In this document: positions 39,000-55,261 of the stretch, one piece after another
Layout of the letters: each line of letters starts with the position of its first letter
How positions within the stretch are numbered: position 1 is the first letter of the stretch
From: Octopus vulgaris
Lineage: Eukaryota
Reading direction: 5' to 3'
Length of the DNA: 64,000 bases
Assembly: GCA_951406725.2 (NCBI GenBank)
Contig: OX597818.1
Coordinates: 145,142,001 to 145,206,000 of the forward strand
The notes under the pieces: generated by a model
Told to the model about the DNA's origin: nothing
Seen by the model: the letters and a program-made list of their open reading frames with translations, nothing else
Databases searched by the model: none
Translations under genes and position numbers: made by a program

Positions 39000-39380
39000 C
39001 GTGGCGACAGAATACTCACGCTTTTCCTTCATAGAGCCCGATCAGAAGCAACTATCATTACATATTTTCCCGCTGAATTCCCAAGCGTGACCAGCTGGGA
39101 ATATAAAATCCATCCATCTCGTTCTTGGTTATATCTCTAGTTCTCCTTGCTGATTGGTTCGTCTTGAAGAATCTGTTTTTATGATTCCTTCCTTCAAAAT
39201 TCTAACCACATATCAGCGGTACTGTAGCTGTGACCGCACGTTGTAGAGAAGTGACACCTTGATGTCCGAGCTACGCACCCAGTCGAGTAACGTTACTCCA
39301 AAGATCTTTCCGAGGAACTCCTTTTCGGCCGCTTATATTCGCGGTCGTACTCTTTCGGTCATTACTCAACAGCCATGACC
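39000..39380 (-). mobile_element. RTE-like LINE 3' fragment
   Basis: Minus strand gives PRTRWMD followed by a frameshifted WSRLG, similar to the fragment at 18045. Confidence 0.55.
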
Positions 39381-39381
39381 C

Positions 39382-39444
<63 letters not shown>

Positions 39445-39775
39445 GGGTTCAGTGGTTAGAGCGTTGGGCTCACAAACATAAGGTCGTGAGTTTGATTCCT
39501 GGACCGGATTGTGTATTGTCTTCTTCAGCAAGACACTTTATTTCACGTTGATCCGGTTCACTCAGCTGTAGAAATGAGTTGCGTCATCACTGGTGCTAAG
39601 CTGTATCAGCCCCTTTGCCTTTCCCTTGGATAACATCGGTAGGGTAGAGAGGAGAAGCTGGTATGCCAGGGCGGCTGCTGGTCTTTCATGAGCAACATTA
39701 TTCGGACTTGTGGCTCGGAGAGTAAGTTTCTAGGTGCAATCTTATGGTTATTCCTGACCGAAGGGGTCTTTACCT
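39445..39775 (+). mobile_element. CORE-like SINE
   Basis: CAGTGGTTAGAGCGTTGGGCTCAC...CAAGACACTTTATTTCACGTTG...CACTCAGCTGTAGAAATGAG. Confidence 0.82.
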
Positions 39776-40279
39776 TTCTTACCTTTTAATGTTTATATCC
39801 ATAATGTGCGTATGCTATTCGGTCAAAGGTACACGTATCTGTGGAATACTCAGCCACTTTGTAATGCAAGGCATAAATAGTGCTAGTGGGAGAATTGGAA
39901 TACACATTGTCAATTTGTCAAAGACGACGGAGATTTATTTACATTTTATTTTTTAAATCTATCTATCTATCTATCAATTATAAACCTGAATATCTGCAAT
40001 CATTGGTCTGCACGATAAGGGCTAATTTGGAAGCAACAACAACAAATACTTGTAGCTAAAGCAGGAGCCTCTCTACAGTCATTCAGCTTGCTAGAATAAC
40101 ATCTAAATATTCTCCAATCCACTTTGTACTGTCTTAAGAAAACTATCCCTTGAGACAATGTTATCTTAGATATAGCATATCTGAAGGACAGGATGGATCT
40201 ATTTTGCGAGCGCCTTTTATTATAGATCTGTTCGATCCGTGGCCTTCCACCCATAATCTTCGTTTTACAAGAAACTGTT

Positions 40280-41540
<1,261 letters not shown>

Positions 41541-41565
41541 TAAACCCCACCCCACAAAACCCATT

Positions 41566-41871
41566 TTACTTCGCGTTACTTCGCGTAACTTCGCGTTACT
41601 TCGCGTAACTTCGCGTTACTTCGCGTAACTTCGCGTTACTTCACGTAACTTCGCGTTACTTCGCGTTACTTCGAGTAACTTCGCGTTACTTCGCGTAACT
41701 TCGCGTAACTTCGCGTTACTTCGCGTAACTTCGCGTTACGTCGCGTTACTTCGCGTAACTTCGCGTTACTTCGCGTTACTTCGCGTTACTTCGCGTTACT
41801 TCGCGTTACTTCACGTAACTTCGCGTAACTTCGCGTTACTTCGCGTTACTTCGCGTTACTTCGCGTAACTT
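41566..41871 (+). repeat. CpG-rich 10-bp minisatellite (TTCGCGTTAC / TTCGCGTAAC), ~30 units
   Basis: Direct inspection; two variants interspersed. Confidence 0.97.
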
Positions 41872-41987
41872 GGCGGGATATCTATTTGTTTTAGTGCTCA
41901 GCCACTGCTGAATTCGGAAAAAAAAGTAACTGTTACTGGTTTCATCACAGTCACAGCAGTGTTGACATCACGACTGGTTGGTTTATA

Positions 41988-42215
41988 AGGCGGCGAGCTG
42001 GCAGAAACGTTAGCGCGCAGGGCGAAATGCTTAGCGGTTTTTCGTCTGTCGTTACGTTATGGGTTCGAATTCCGCCGAGGTTGACTTTGTCTTTCATCCT
42101 TTCGGGGTCGATAAATAAAGTACCAGTTTCGCACTGGGGTCGATGTAATCGACTTAATCCCTTTGTCTGTCCTTGTTTGTCCCATCTATGTTTAACCCCT
42201 TGTGGGTAGTAAAGA
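41988..42215 (+). mobile_element. Nin-domain-like SINE, full length
   Basis: Very similar to the 15594 copy. Confidence 0.88.
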
Positions 42216-42744
42216 AACATATAAATCGGCTGGGGGTAAAAAAAACAAACAAACAAAAACAGAACAGAGAAGCGTTATATGTGTGTGTGTGTGTGCATAT
42301 ACACACACACATACACACATAATGATGTAGAAATTGCGTGTAAAAATATATCTACGACTGCTATTCTTGTGCTTAGATTTACATTTAGTTTATCATAAAC
42401 CAGTCTGCTGCCTGTAGAATTGTTAAGTAACGTCTACATTGAGTAGAATAAATGTTGGAGAAATAAAGATAAACACCATCATATAGTTCCTATAAGCATT
42501 TCACCAGAATGGTTATTTGTGGGGCCCTGTTAAAGGAGTTCCAAGTGAATTTAGATGCTGAACTAAAATGGATCATCAGTTACAGATAACTATAACATTG
42601 TTATCCATTGTGGTTGAGCAACTAAATGCACTTGGAACACTTAATGCAAGGTTCCAATCAGCCATACGAAATGGTGAAACACGAATAGAAACCTTAATTT
42701 AAATTTGTATCTATCTCTATTTCTCCTTTATAAAGATGTATGCG

Positions 42745-42775
<31 letters not shown>

Positions 42776-42776
42776 A

Positions 42777-43390
42777 TCAGGTTGAGTAAAAAGTGAGCAT
42801 CGTTTTGAACCATGAAAAATTTGTACTGGATTTTTGAAACATCTTTTTGCAAAAGTCTGATAATACAGATATAGACTTGCTCAAATGCGTCAATAAATTA
42901 ATATTGATATTTTCGTTATCGTTGTTACAATCATCTGAAGTGGAACTGTCAAAGCGCGATATTTGAGAAATTTTGCTATTCAACTTCAAAAAGGACGTAA
43001 AGCTGCTGAAACTGCTCACGATATCAACGAAACTTTTGGTGATGAAACGACCATTAAGTGGTCAGCTCGAAAATGGTTTAAACGATTTCACAGTGGAAAC
43101 CTGAGTTTTGAAGATCGTGAGCGTAGTGGATGCCCATCTGTCATCGATGACGGTCAGTTACAGAGCGTCATTGAGAAAGATCCCCGTAAAACCACTCGAG
43201 AACTAGCAAAAGAATTTCAAGTTAGCCACAAAACTGCCTGCAATCATTTGCAAGCTAACAGGAAATTATAAAAACTCGACAAATACTACAAAAATTGAAT
43301 GAAAATCAGAAAATCTGCAGATTTGAAATTTGCTCGTCGCTTCTCCGTAGCCAGACCAATCCATTTCTCGACCGTATTGTAACTTGCGAT
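42777..43390 (+). mobile_element. mariner element, 5' part (transposase pseudogene)
   Basis: KGRKAAETAHDINETFG...WFKRFHSGNLSFEDRERSGCP...TTRELA, then NENQK..RFEICSSLL...PFLDRIVTCD (first D of the DDD triad). Truncated by a microsatellite. Confidence 0.92.
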
Positions 43391-43914
43391 ATGTATGTAT
43401 GTATGGATGGATGTATATATATTTATATATATTTCTGTATATATATGTGTGTGTCAGTGTGTCTGTTTGTATGTATGCATGCACATACTTACGTATATAT
43501 ATGAAAACTTCACCTCCCACAGCCCCTCCCCCCCGCCAAAAGAGAAAAAAGCCAAGAGCAACTCATCAAATCACTGTGTATGATGAAGAAGACAGCAGAA
43601 ATCACTGGGTTTTATAACCCATGGGAAAGAAATACATGTTTTGGTTTACTCCAGTGGTTATGTTGGTCTTCTACCGGCTAAAATTCGCATTTGTAAATGT
43701 TCCACATTGTAATCTCTTGAGGAAATTTATAGATACAAATGAATAATAAATACTTTCACACACTGAAACACACACATACACACACGCACATACGCGAGCG
43801 CGCACACACACACACATATACACACGCACACACAACTCATGCCAACTGTCATGGAGAGTGTAAACATCAGAAGAAGCGAGTACTCAATGCATTTGTTTGT
43901 ATTATTTATCTCCT

Positions 43915-44092
43915 AGCGGCGATCTGGCAGAATCGTTAGCACGTCGGGCATTTCGTCCGTCGTTTCACTCTGAGTTCAAATGATGCCGAAATCCTTTCTT
44001 AGTCGATAAAATAAGTACCAGCCAAACACTGGGGTCGATTTAATCGACTTGCCCCTCACCGAACTGGCTGGCCTTGTGACAAAATTAGAAAT
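43915..44092 (+). mobile_element. Internally deleted Nin-domain-like SINE
   Basis: GCGGCGATCTGGCAGAATCGTTAGCACG...GATAAAATAAGTACCAG. Confidence 0.75.
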
Positions 44093-44732
44093 TGTTATGT
44101 ATTTACCAGAAGCACTAGCGTTTCTCGGTATATCCCAAGAGATCAGCAAACGGAAAACATGTACCCTCTTCAACTACCCGTAAATAAATTGGTGTTTGAA
44201 ATAGAACCAGAGAAATAAAGGAGGCGCTTGGAATTGTTTGTTTATACTGAGGACGGAACTCCGGACCTCTTACTTGCCAAAGCGTAAACGCCGTCAAAGG
44301 TAGCCAAGGATTTCGGTCAAGCAGCCCAGTGATTGACTGTTCACGCGATCGCCAGGTTTACAACTAATCAAGTGAGAGTTCAAATCAAATTTTATTTACC
44401 AAACATCGTTAAATCTCTACAATGAAATTAATTACATCTAAAAAAAATATACTTTCTTTTCATTGACCCGTGGGTAATGGAGTCACTAAATAGTGCCCAG
44501 GGGTTTTGACCCTGGACCGTATCATACAACATCCACACAATGGTGGGTTGGTTCTGGTAACAAAATCACAGCCCATTTCCTTCTCGTCCCCAGCTCGGCT
44601 TTTCTCTCTTGCTCCTATAACTTATATGAGGTTCTTTCTGCTGTCTTCTTCATCATACACACACGAATATATAAGTTTATATATATATATATACACACAT
44701 ATGTATATGTCTGTCTGTGTGTATGTGTCTGG

Positions 44733-44862
<130 letters not shown>

Positions 44863-44988
44863 ATATATAAATATATATATATAAATGCACGCACATATAT
44901 ATGTGAATATGTATACACACACACACACACCTACACATATATATACAAATACATATAAATGCACGGACACACATATATGCATATTAGA

Positions 44989-45019
<31 letters not shown>

Positions 45020-45614
45020 GTGCACCGCATATCTTTGTTAAGCGCATCTCTTCACACTAATCTCCAACAGCACAACTATTGAACCGATTGTCTCGTTCCA
45101 TTTAAACTATGTAAACAAATCACTGACCATAACAAACCGTAACCAAATACATCTTATATACACTCCAACTAAGCTCGTGGATTTGGCTTGTACTGAAGTA
45201 AAATCATTAAATAGCCATTTACATATGTCTTTCCATCGTTAAGGTTATACAATTTTAATTATATGGAAATACTGTGCTAATGACCAGTTGTGGCTGTTTT
45301 CGTTTTTGCTGTTGTTGTTGTCAGTGTTTAGCCACGATCGAGCAAACCTATGCTCGAAGACAATCTAGCCACGATCATCCTGTCTTTATTTAAAGGTGCA
45401 GTGTATCGGAACTGTATTGCCTAATGCACACTTTCCTACTTTGAAACGGCAGATGGCGATATGAGAGAGAGATTTGGTTGCTATTTCATGTCGTTCGGAT
45501 GTCCACGTAGAGGCTTCCTCATTGACTCATTGGAATTGATGATGAGATTTATATGATTAAAAATATTCCATCCTATCTCTTTATACACATGAAAGATTAT
45601 GTAAACCAACGTGC

Positions 45615-45645
<31 letters not shown>

Positions 45646-46136
45646 TGTGTGCGTGTGTGTGTGTGTGTGTACTTTTTTTAAAGATATAGAGTGATTTGAA
45701 TAATAATTGTCTGCTGTTTCTAGCAAGTCTAGCGATAACGTTGCGGCTTCTCGCTGGCACGGGTTTTATTCAGTCTATCTTACCCTTTCCGTTCCAAACG
45801 TGTGACCCTGTGGCGAAATGGTAAAAGGAGGGTAGAAATAGTTGTGCGATGTCTAAAACATCCATGAATATTCTAAGTTCAAATCCCACATGAACCCGCC
45901 GTGCTTTGCATTCCCCCCGGAGTTTTTTCCATCCGTTGTGATTACAGACACACTCAAGATATATTCTAGCAATATAAATCAAGCGCAGTACTTCTGGTTC
46001 TTTGTTTCATAAATTCCGGAAGAATGAAAGGTGAAGTTAACTACAGTGGGATTTGAAACTACTACACAGAAGGCCATAGATAAACACCGTGAATCAACTG
46101 CCCAATAAAATAACAACCATTCATGTTCTTGTACTC

Positions 46137-46191
<55 letters not shown>

Positions 46192-47796
46192 TTCATCATC
46201 ATCATCATCATCATCATCAGTTTGCAGTCAATTGATTAACATTATTGCATTTTCATGGTGTAAATTGTTTTATCAGACGGTCGTTGTTGTACGTAAACGT
46301 ACCCTGAAAAAGAAAAGAAAAACATCCCAAGGGATGGATCTATTGGGATTCCAAATGTAGGTAGTCCAAGCTGTGATATTCAGGGCATTGGGTAAATTAG
46401 GTGCAGTAAAATGTACTTTGGATTTTGAATGTTAGATAGCAAAGCAAATTGACTGAGACAATTAGAGGTACCAAACTATGGCAGTCATACTCCACCATCT
46501 CATATATAAAAGGGTTCAGACCATAGCCGGCTCTCGCAAGCGCGTATGATCTGAGAATATGTCCCATGCTCATTGTTTTAGTCGTCTAGAAAGTTGCAAG
46601 CTGACCTAGACAACGTCTCAGTCCTCCAACTCTTGACCCGACAAAACATTCCCGATGTTACGGTTAGAGGAGAGAGTGCTGCACCTACCTACTCCGGAAT
46701 GGTACCCATTTCAGCTGAGTAAGCTGGGCCGAAGCGAAATAAAGTGCTTTGCCCAAGGAACAACACGTCACCTTGTTTATGATTTGGACCTTCGCCTGAT
46801 CCACCAGATTTAAGACTTCGCCCTAACCCTAGAATAGGAGGCTAGGGATGCTGTTTGCCAAGGTTCTACATCGAGTCCCTGTAGAGAATCGAGGTTGCAT
46901 CTTGGCTTGCAATCTGTGAAAGACGTTAAATCACCTTTTTCTCTCTGACTTAACTTCTCTTACAGAATGGCTCCGGTGAGCGGCCTGCATAGTAACCTAA
47001 TTGTACTGGTTTAATTCGGTCAACTGCGCCCCACCCGTATAAGTATTTGGCTTTGCATCAAAGCCAAAGTATCTTTAATTTGTTCACTCATTGTCTGTCC
47101 TTGATTAGTCGTCGTCATTGTTTTAAGTTTAGTAAATGCGGCTCTGTTCGATAGCTGCAGCCATATACAGAAATGATAGAGACACAATGCATTTGAATAC
47201 GGTCAAACTTGTCAAAGTTTAGACATTCAGGTAAGGCTGTTCCTCTTCATTCTTCTTAATATATATGTTGTATGTGATTGTGTGTATACGTGTTTGTGTC
47301 GTGTGAGAGCGCGTGCGCGTGGTGAGTATGCGATGTATATGAATGTTTGTGTGTGGTGCGTATGTGTGTCTGTTTGTGCGTACATATGTATGTGTGTGTG
47401 TGTGCGCGCACGCAGGTGCATGTGTGCATGTGTGCGTGTACGTATGTCTTGTGTCTGTGCGTGTAAAAAAACCACTGTGTTCATTTGAAATACTTGTTTC
47501 CAGGATTATACAGAAAATTCAAGGGTTTCAATAAACAATTTTGTTGGAAGTTTACACAATCTGACGTTGTCTGTAGAGAATAGAAAATATAAATAAACAA
47601 GTTCGTTATTCCTTATATTTAGTCAAAAGCAAATTTGGCCAAAATGCAGCCACCGTAAACGTGCCATACATAAAGTATGAAGTTCTTTTTGTAAAAACTA
47701 CTCATAAAAATAAAGTTTTAATGTTTTTGGAAGTTGCTGAAATCTAAGAACTCTGCGCATATGTATCTCGCTTTTTGTTTATGTATGCATTTAAGC

Positions 47797-48045
47797 GTGG
47801 AGGCGCGTAGCTTAGTGGTTAGGGTGTCAGCATCATGATCGTAAGATTGTGTTTTCGATTCCAGGACCGGCGACGCGTTGTCTTCTTGAGCAAAACACTT
47901 CATTTCACGTTGCTCCAGTCCACTCAGCTGGCAAAAATGAGTAACGCTGCCATGGACTGGCATCCCATCCAGCTGGGGAACACATACGCCATGGAAACCG
48001 AGAAACTTGGCCCATGAGTTTGGCTAGGCTTTAAAAGGGTGCATT
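47797..48045 (+). mobile_element. CORE-like SINE, uninterrupted relative of the 3504 copy
   Basis: GTGGAGGCGCGTAGCTTAGTGGTTAGGG...CTTGAGCAAAACACTTCATTTCACGTTGCTCCAGTCCACTCAGCTGG. Confidence 0.88.
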
Positions 48046-48645
48046 TATTTTATTATTTATGCATTTAAGCGAAGGCATGTAGCTTAGTAGTTAAGGTATT
48101 AGTTATAGCTGTAATTCAAAGGGCCAACCTTGTCACATTCTGTGTCACATTGAATCTTCCTGAGAACCACCCTAAGGGTACGCGTGTTTGTGAAGCGCTC
48201 AGTGAATTTCACGAGCTATCTGTTCTATCGATCGAATCACCTGGAAACCTCTTCGTCGAAAACAACGAAGTACCAGTTGTTTCTTTGTATGCAGGTATGA
48301 GTCAATTTACAACTTCGGTAAAAAAATTCTTTTCCAGTAAAGTGTCACTGGAGTTACATTATTATTATTACTTTTTATTAGAAAGGTAATAATTTTATTC
48401 TTTTGTAGCATTATAATACTGTAGTATTATAGTTGCTTTCGTATATACACAGGTGTCTACGCGTGCAGACCTGTATATAAAATTCATTCGTAACCTTTAC
48501 CTAGTTATACATTTGTGAACACAGACGGTTGATTTGACAGTAAAATACTTTGGCCATGTGACAGAACCCAATGAATTCGAACTGCCGATCCCTTAGCTTG
48601 GACAAACCACTCATGTTTTGCTAGTGACATAAAAGACTCAGTCAT

Positions 48646-48915
<270 letters not shown>

Positions 48916-49839
48916 TTTGTCATTCTCTATCACTGTTCGTCTAACTCTCCCTATCGTTTAATCTTTCAATCTCTTTCCTTCTCTCTTTTGCCCTATCCTG
49001 TTATCCCCTTTCTCACTTTTTCTATACCTTTCTCTGTCTCTCTCTGCCTCTTCCTCTTTACCGCTATCCTTTTATCGTTCTCAGTTTCTCTTTCTCTTAC
49101 TCTCTCTCTCTTTCCCTCCCTCTCTTTTGCTCTATTTCTATACAGCTGTGAGTTACGAGAAACCGTCAGCGAAGATGAAATGTCTAAATACACAAATTGC
49201 ATAAGAAGATTCAATTACGTTTGCTTGGATATCTGGTGTGTTATAATTGTGTTTTCAAGACACATGCTATAGGTAAAATTTGACGGTTTCACCAGCCAGG
49301 ATGTCTGTATTATTTCTGTGCTATCATAAAATTTCTGCTGCGGAATTTTTCCAACAAGCAAAGACGTAGTTTATTAAACAATAATTCAGAAGAATCAACT
49401 GGCAGTCCGAAATTTCCATACGCATTGATCTCTGACAAGGACATAATCACACACAGACAAATACATAAAATGAACACACGCATGAACACACGCACACATT
49501 CCCATACGCACATACACTCGCACACATAAACAAGCATCGGTGTACGTATATAAATAGATGCTATACCGCTTTCTTGCTTAGTAACAAATTGGTACTTCGA
49601 TTCCAGTCAACGGCTTCCATGCTATTTTCAATCTCAAACTACTTAATATTGTTAATAACGCACAGACACACACACGTAAACACACACATGCAAACAAATA
49701 CAAACACACACATACACAAACGCCAACATACACACACAAACGCAAGCACACACACACACTTATGTATATATATGTATATAGGTGTATATATGTTTATATA
49801 CTAATTAAGTATATTTGTTTATATGCCTATACACACTAC

Positions 49840-49971
<132 letters not shown>

Positions 49972-50206
49972 GGTGCATTAGGCATGATAAAAAAATATTC
50001 AGACAAATGCATAATAAAAACACCAGGACTTACAAACACATATAACATACAGAAAATTGCACTACTAGGCACTGCACACATCCTACGCAGAACACTTTCC
50101 ATACAATAACCATCAGAGCATCACAACAAATCACAGCACATACCCAAGGCACACAGAGCTGCGCTCGGTAGTGAAGTGAAAGCACGCTATAAAAATAAAA
50201 CTACTG
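49972..50206 (+). mobile_element. R4/Dong-like non-LTR element 3' end within (TAA)n
   Basis: GALGMIKKYSDKCIIKTPGLTNTYNIQKIALLGTAHILRRTLSIQ* plus 3' UTR, with (TAA)n on both sides. Second copy at 55866. Confidence 0.8.
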
Positions 50207-50252
50207 AATAATAATAATAATGATAATAGTAATAATAATAATAATAATAATG

Positions 50253-50306
<54 letters not shown>

Positions 50307-50309
50307 TTA

Positions 50310-50359
<50 letters not shown>

Positions 50360-53300
50360 TATTATTATTATTAGCTATCCATATCATAGTTATTTAGAAA
50401 TGCACACTTAACTACGCGACTTAAAATTCTTTTTATACTAAGCTGCTGGTGTATTTAACGTGTCGTAGGAATGGTCGAAGGAAAGGAGTTTCGTTAATGT
50501 TCTGGAACAAAGAGCTGAGGAAGGATTATTTGAGACTTGAGTATCGTGAGTCGCTATATTCAGAAAGGTGTGAACAAACTGAATTTTTCTGAGAGAATTA
50601 GGTGCAAGTAAATAAATCATGTAAGAGTTGAATTGAAGGAATATTTCTACAAGTATTGCCTAGACGTGGATTTAAGAACACTTGATAACATCAAGAATAG
50701 CCTACCGTTAACAATACATTTTTGCGAAGTCTATTTGAAAAGGAGGAATCTTTCCCGAAATATTATAGGGATATTTAATAACCAATATTTAGGCAATACA
50801 ATACTTTTTCTCTTTGTTTTCATTTATTGACATGTATGACATATAGTGAGTAAATTCTCACCTGCATTATTTTCTCTCTAAACCTCTCTCTCCCCTTCCT
50901 CTCGCTATATACACATACACACGCACACGCACATATATTCATACATAATGTACGTACACACACGCATGCACACACACACGCGCGCGCGTATGACGGAATA
51001 AACAAGATAATGGTGCGAAATGGTTTGAAGGATTGAGAAAACTGAAAAGACTCTCTTGTTGTTTAACTTTGATCAAAAGTGTTACGTTATTGATCAGACC
51101 ATCATTTTATTTATTTAGTACTACATTGTCCATTAAGTCCTTCCGTTTAGTAGACGCTAGGGTGTGATTTGAAGGAAGCTGGCTTCCAATTGTCGTAGGT
51201 TAATGGATCATAATGGATCTCCCCCGCTGGTCTGAGACTACAGAGGTACATACATACATGCATACATATATACGTACGTACGTATCTGCCTGCCTGCCTA
51301 CCTACCTACCTACCTACCTACCTATCTACCTACCTACCTACCTACCTACCTACCTACCTACCTATCTACCCATCTACCTGCCTGCCTACCTGCCTGCCTG
51401 CCTGCCTGCCTACCTGCCTACCTACCTACCTACATACACACACATATACACACACACATTTTATTCTATTCTCTCTTTACAAGCTAGTCAATTAGGAAGC
51501 AAGAGTGACTATCTACGGGACAGATATGCTGTAGACACACGAAAGAAATAAAGTTTGGAAGTAACTTGCGTGTTCTCATACATATCTCTATACGTGTATG
51601 AAAATAGAGTGCATAAATATATTATGCAGAACCTAGGCTGTAATAAGTTCTTATGCTATCAGTTCAAGTGTGGTAGACGTCTAGTACAAGATATAATTCT
51701 CTCAACTAAATCTTGCAGCACGTAATTCGCGCGCATACATTTCATTATATTCATTTGAGGCACGCTTGCATACATACATAAACCGAAAAATGCATCCAGT
51801 ATTAACACTATGATAAGTTCTATCCACGATGTGTATTAATATATTATCAATATATTTCAGTATAGCTGTTCAGGTGCTATTTTAATTCTGATAATACAAA
51901 GGTCTCTCTTGCAGCAAAGTAAAACCAGAAGAGAAGCAACCAATAATATGGTTCCTGAATGATTACTTACCTTTTTATGTATTTCCTTCCATTGCTATTG
52001 GCTCATGGCTGTCGACATTTCACATTATCTGTAATCTCACGGAATCTCATGCCAATTAAATGACAGAGTTGTCATTTATTATTCCAACTCTGACTGAATG
52101 CATCTGCACGAAACCTTTGGTATTGGACTATTGATTTCTATTACAATAATATATAAGTTCACACATACGCATCAAGACATTCACACACATATGTATATAT
52201 GTGTGAAGTGTATGCATGTATGTATATGTATATGCATGTATGTATGCGTTTACTTTTGTAATGGATTTTCGTTGTTTCAGGAAGAAATGAAGTTGTTTGT
52301 TTAGCAGAACTAAATTCACTGATTTTTCTTCAGTGCTTATCTCTTATTTTATGGACATGTTCACCGTTTGTTTCAGCTGTCTTTCAGTATGTGAGCTTGT
52401 TTGAAGTCGTATTAAATACGTGTAGATGCAGACGTGCGCCCTATGTAACAAACGTTATGAAGTTTGCGGCATGAATGAGAGTAGTTCCGTTTCTATACTA
52501 AATGGGAGATACGTGAGTCTCTCTCGGGTTTCGTATTTGGAGATTTGTGTCTTATTACAAGATCCTTGACTTTCTTGTATTCTAAACCTGTATTCAGGGA
52601 TATGTTGCACAAAATATTATCTTTTGGTATTTGGTTTCCGAATACTTTTATGACTTATTTTTATGACTTGCACATCGGCTTATCAGCTCGAATGGGATTA
52701 AAACTTCCTTATAATAAACCTTCTGTATTATGGCATTGTTAACGACACACATACATAGACATGCATACACACACTTATAAGTGCGTATGTGTGTCTAAAA
52801 TATTTCATATGTATATGTATGTATTCTGACGCATAACATTACAAGCATGTATATTTCGTCTGAAGTGTATGCTATCAACTAACGAACATAAAACATACAT
52901 ACACTCACCAGCGTACACATACACAAACACTCATACTACGTACACTCACAGCCGCGTACATACACACACTTACACACACACTTACACACACATATACACA
53001 CATTCATACACACTATTGGATGGGTATCGTATTTAGTATCTTCCTTGTCTCTTTTGTGAAAATTCTTTAATATTGAGTACAATATCACATTAATTGCGAC
53101 CAAAAGACTTTTAGCAGAAACTAACTATTAATGATAGCTTGACATAATAGAATAGATTTTCGGTATTTTTGTATAAATGCAAAACGGAAATAAAAATTAT
53201 GGTGATTAAATATTTGCTGCAGAGTAGTAATGTTGTGATGACACGTGTCCTACAGGTTAGGTTGTTGTATGAACGTTTGGTCGTGGTTTCGATTCCTGAA

Positions 53301-53669
53301 CCAGAGGGTGCATTATATCCTCGAGCAAAACACTTCATTTCATGTGGCTTCAGTTCACTCAGTTATAAATGAACTATAAAATGAGCTGGGAAGTTAACCT
53401 TGTGACGTGTGTGTGTGTGGTGGGGTGTTTCTGTTACTGTTATATATATGTATATAGATATAGTTAAATTAGTAATCCCGTGTCTTATCGAGTCGGGCAT
53501 AAAATATTTATTCTTATATATGTATATATTATGTATGTGTGAACCTTTAATAATGAAAGTATACACATTTTTTCTACACCCATATTTAGTTTCTTACACA
53601 TAAATCTACAGACGTACATAATGTAATTATAAGCAAACACAGAAAACATAAATACATGCGTATATAAGG

Positions 53670-53940
53670 GAGAGACCCCTTCGGTCATGAATGACGATAA
53701 GATTGCACCTAGAAAGTTCCCCTCCGAGATACGTGTCCGGGCAGGGTGTTTGTGGAAGGCCAGTAGTCGTCCATACATACCATGTCTCTCCTCTCCAAGG
53801 GAAAGGCAAAGGGGCCGATACAGCTTGGCACCAGTGACGTCGCAACTCATATCTATAGCAGAATGAACTGAAGCAAAGTGAAATAAAGTCTCTATCTCAT
53901 GATTGTGAGTGTGACGCTCTAACCACTCAGCCATGCGCCT
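53670..53940 (-). mobile_element. CORE-like SINE, internally deleted
   Basis: Homologous to 32690-33013. Confidence 0.8.
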
Positions 53941-54259
53941 ATAGATACAGACATACATGCATACATACATACATACATACATACATGCATGCATGCATGC
54001 ATGCATGCATACATACATACATACATACATACATACATACATACATACATACATACATACATAGATAGCAGCTAGCGGCTAGTTCAAGGAGGGAGCAGAG
54101 TTGCAATCTCAGTCACTTATATGCTATAGAATCTGGGTTGAACGCGGACCTTACAAGTCGTGGGGCTAATGACCCAAGTCAAAATAAGTAGTTGTAAAAG
54201 CAAAATTGAATTGATATTTCAAAAGATAAAGAAGTCTGTTAGCCATGCTTCAATGGAAA

Positions 54260-54433
<174 letters not shown>

Positions 54434-54599
54434 CGATAAAAAAATATACACAACCATATAACTGAAGGAGACTAAAATTCGGCTTATGACTCCAGGAGAC
54501 TGCATATCGTTGTATCCAAAAGTAACACATTAAATAAAATATCTGAATCAGCGTTAAGATGTACACTACGTAGAGTAACCTTTAAAACCTTCCAGAATA

Positions 54600-55010
54600 A
54601 ATGGAATACTGATATTAGGTACATGTGCTCTATAGTTGATGTTGCGTGCCCCTTTGACTGAACCATAGTCAAGATGGAAGTTAAAAAAACCCCAAAAAGA
54701 TATATACTATACGCTTAAGTACGAAATAGCCTGGCTATGGAAAATGATGAAGGTGAAGATAGTGAGAATTATTGTTGGGTCTTTGGGGACAGTATCAAAA
54801 GACATCAAAAGAGGAATGTAAAGGAAATCGGAATAGAGTGCCCAGCAGAACTGTGACAAAAGGTTTACTTTCTTGGCACGGCCAGAATGATCAGTAAAGT
54901 ATTTGATAGTTGAAAAGAACAGATAGCATTGTACCGTAGGCTGCAGGCAGCAAGCCCGCTACGCATGCAAAACTGCAGGGGTTACAGCAAAACCTGAGAT
55001 ACAAAGAATA
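54600..55010 (+). mobile_element. R4/Dong-like element, RLE domain and 3' end
   Basis: IVDVACPFD...LKYEIAWLWKMMKVKIVRIIVGSLGTVSKD...LGTARMISKVFDS*, followed by (TAA)n. Confidence 0.78.
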
Positions 55011-55033
55011 AATGATAATAATAATAATGATAA

Positions 55034-55126
<93 letters not shown>

Positions 55127-55211
55127 TGATGATGATTATGATAATGCTGACGACGACGACGACGACGACAGCAACAACAACAACAACAATAATAATAATA
55201 ATAATAATAAC

Positions 55212-55248
<37 letters not shown>

Positions 55249-55261
55249 TGAAAATAATAAT

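Noticed and set aside
49146-49272. Exon candidate after a long pyrimidine tract
   Set aside because: The tract is CT low-complexity sequence, the donor is weak (GTAAAA), and the only open frame ends in a stop at the junction.
51963-52110. Minus-strand donor AG|GTAAGT and a TAAATGACA/TGTCATTTA inverted 9-mer
   Set aside because: All frames are closed, there is no good acceptor, and short palindromes are expected by chance in AT-rich DNA.
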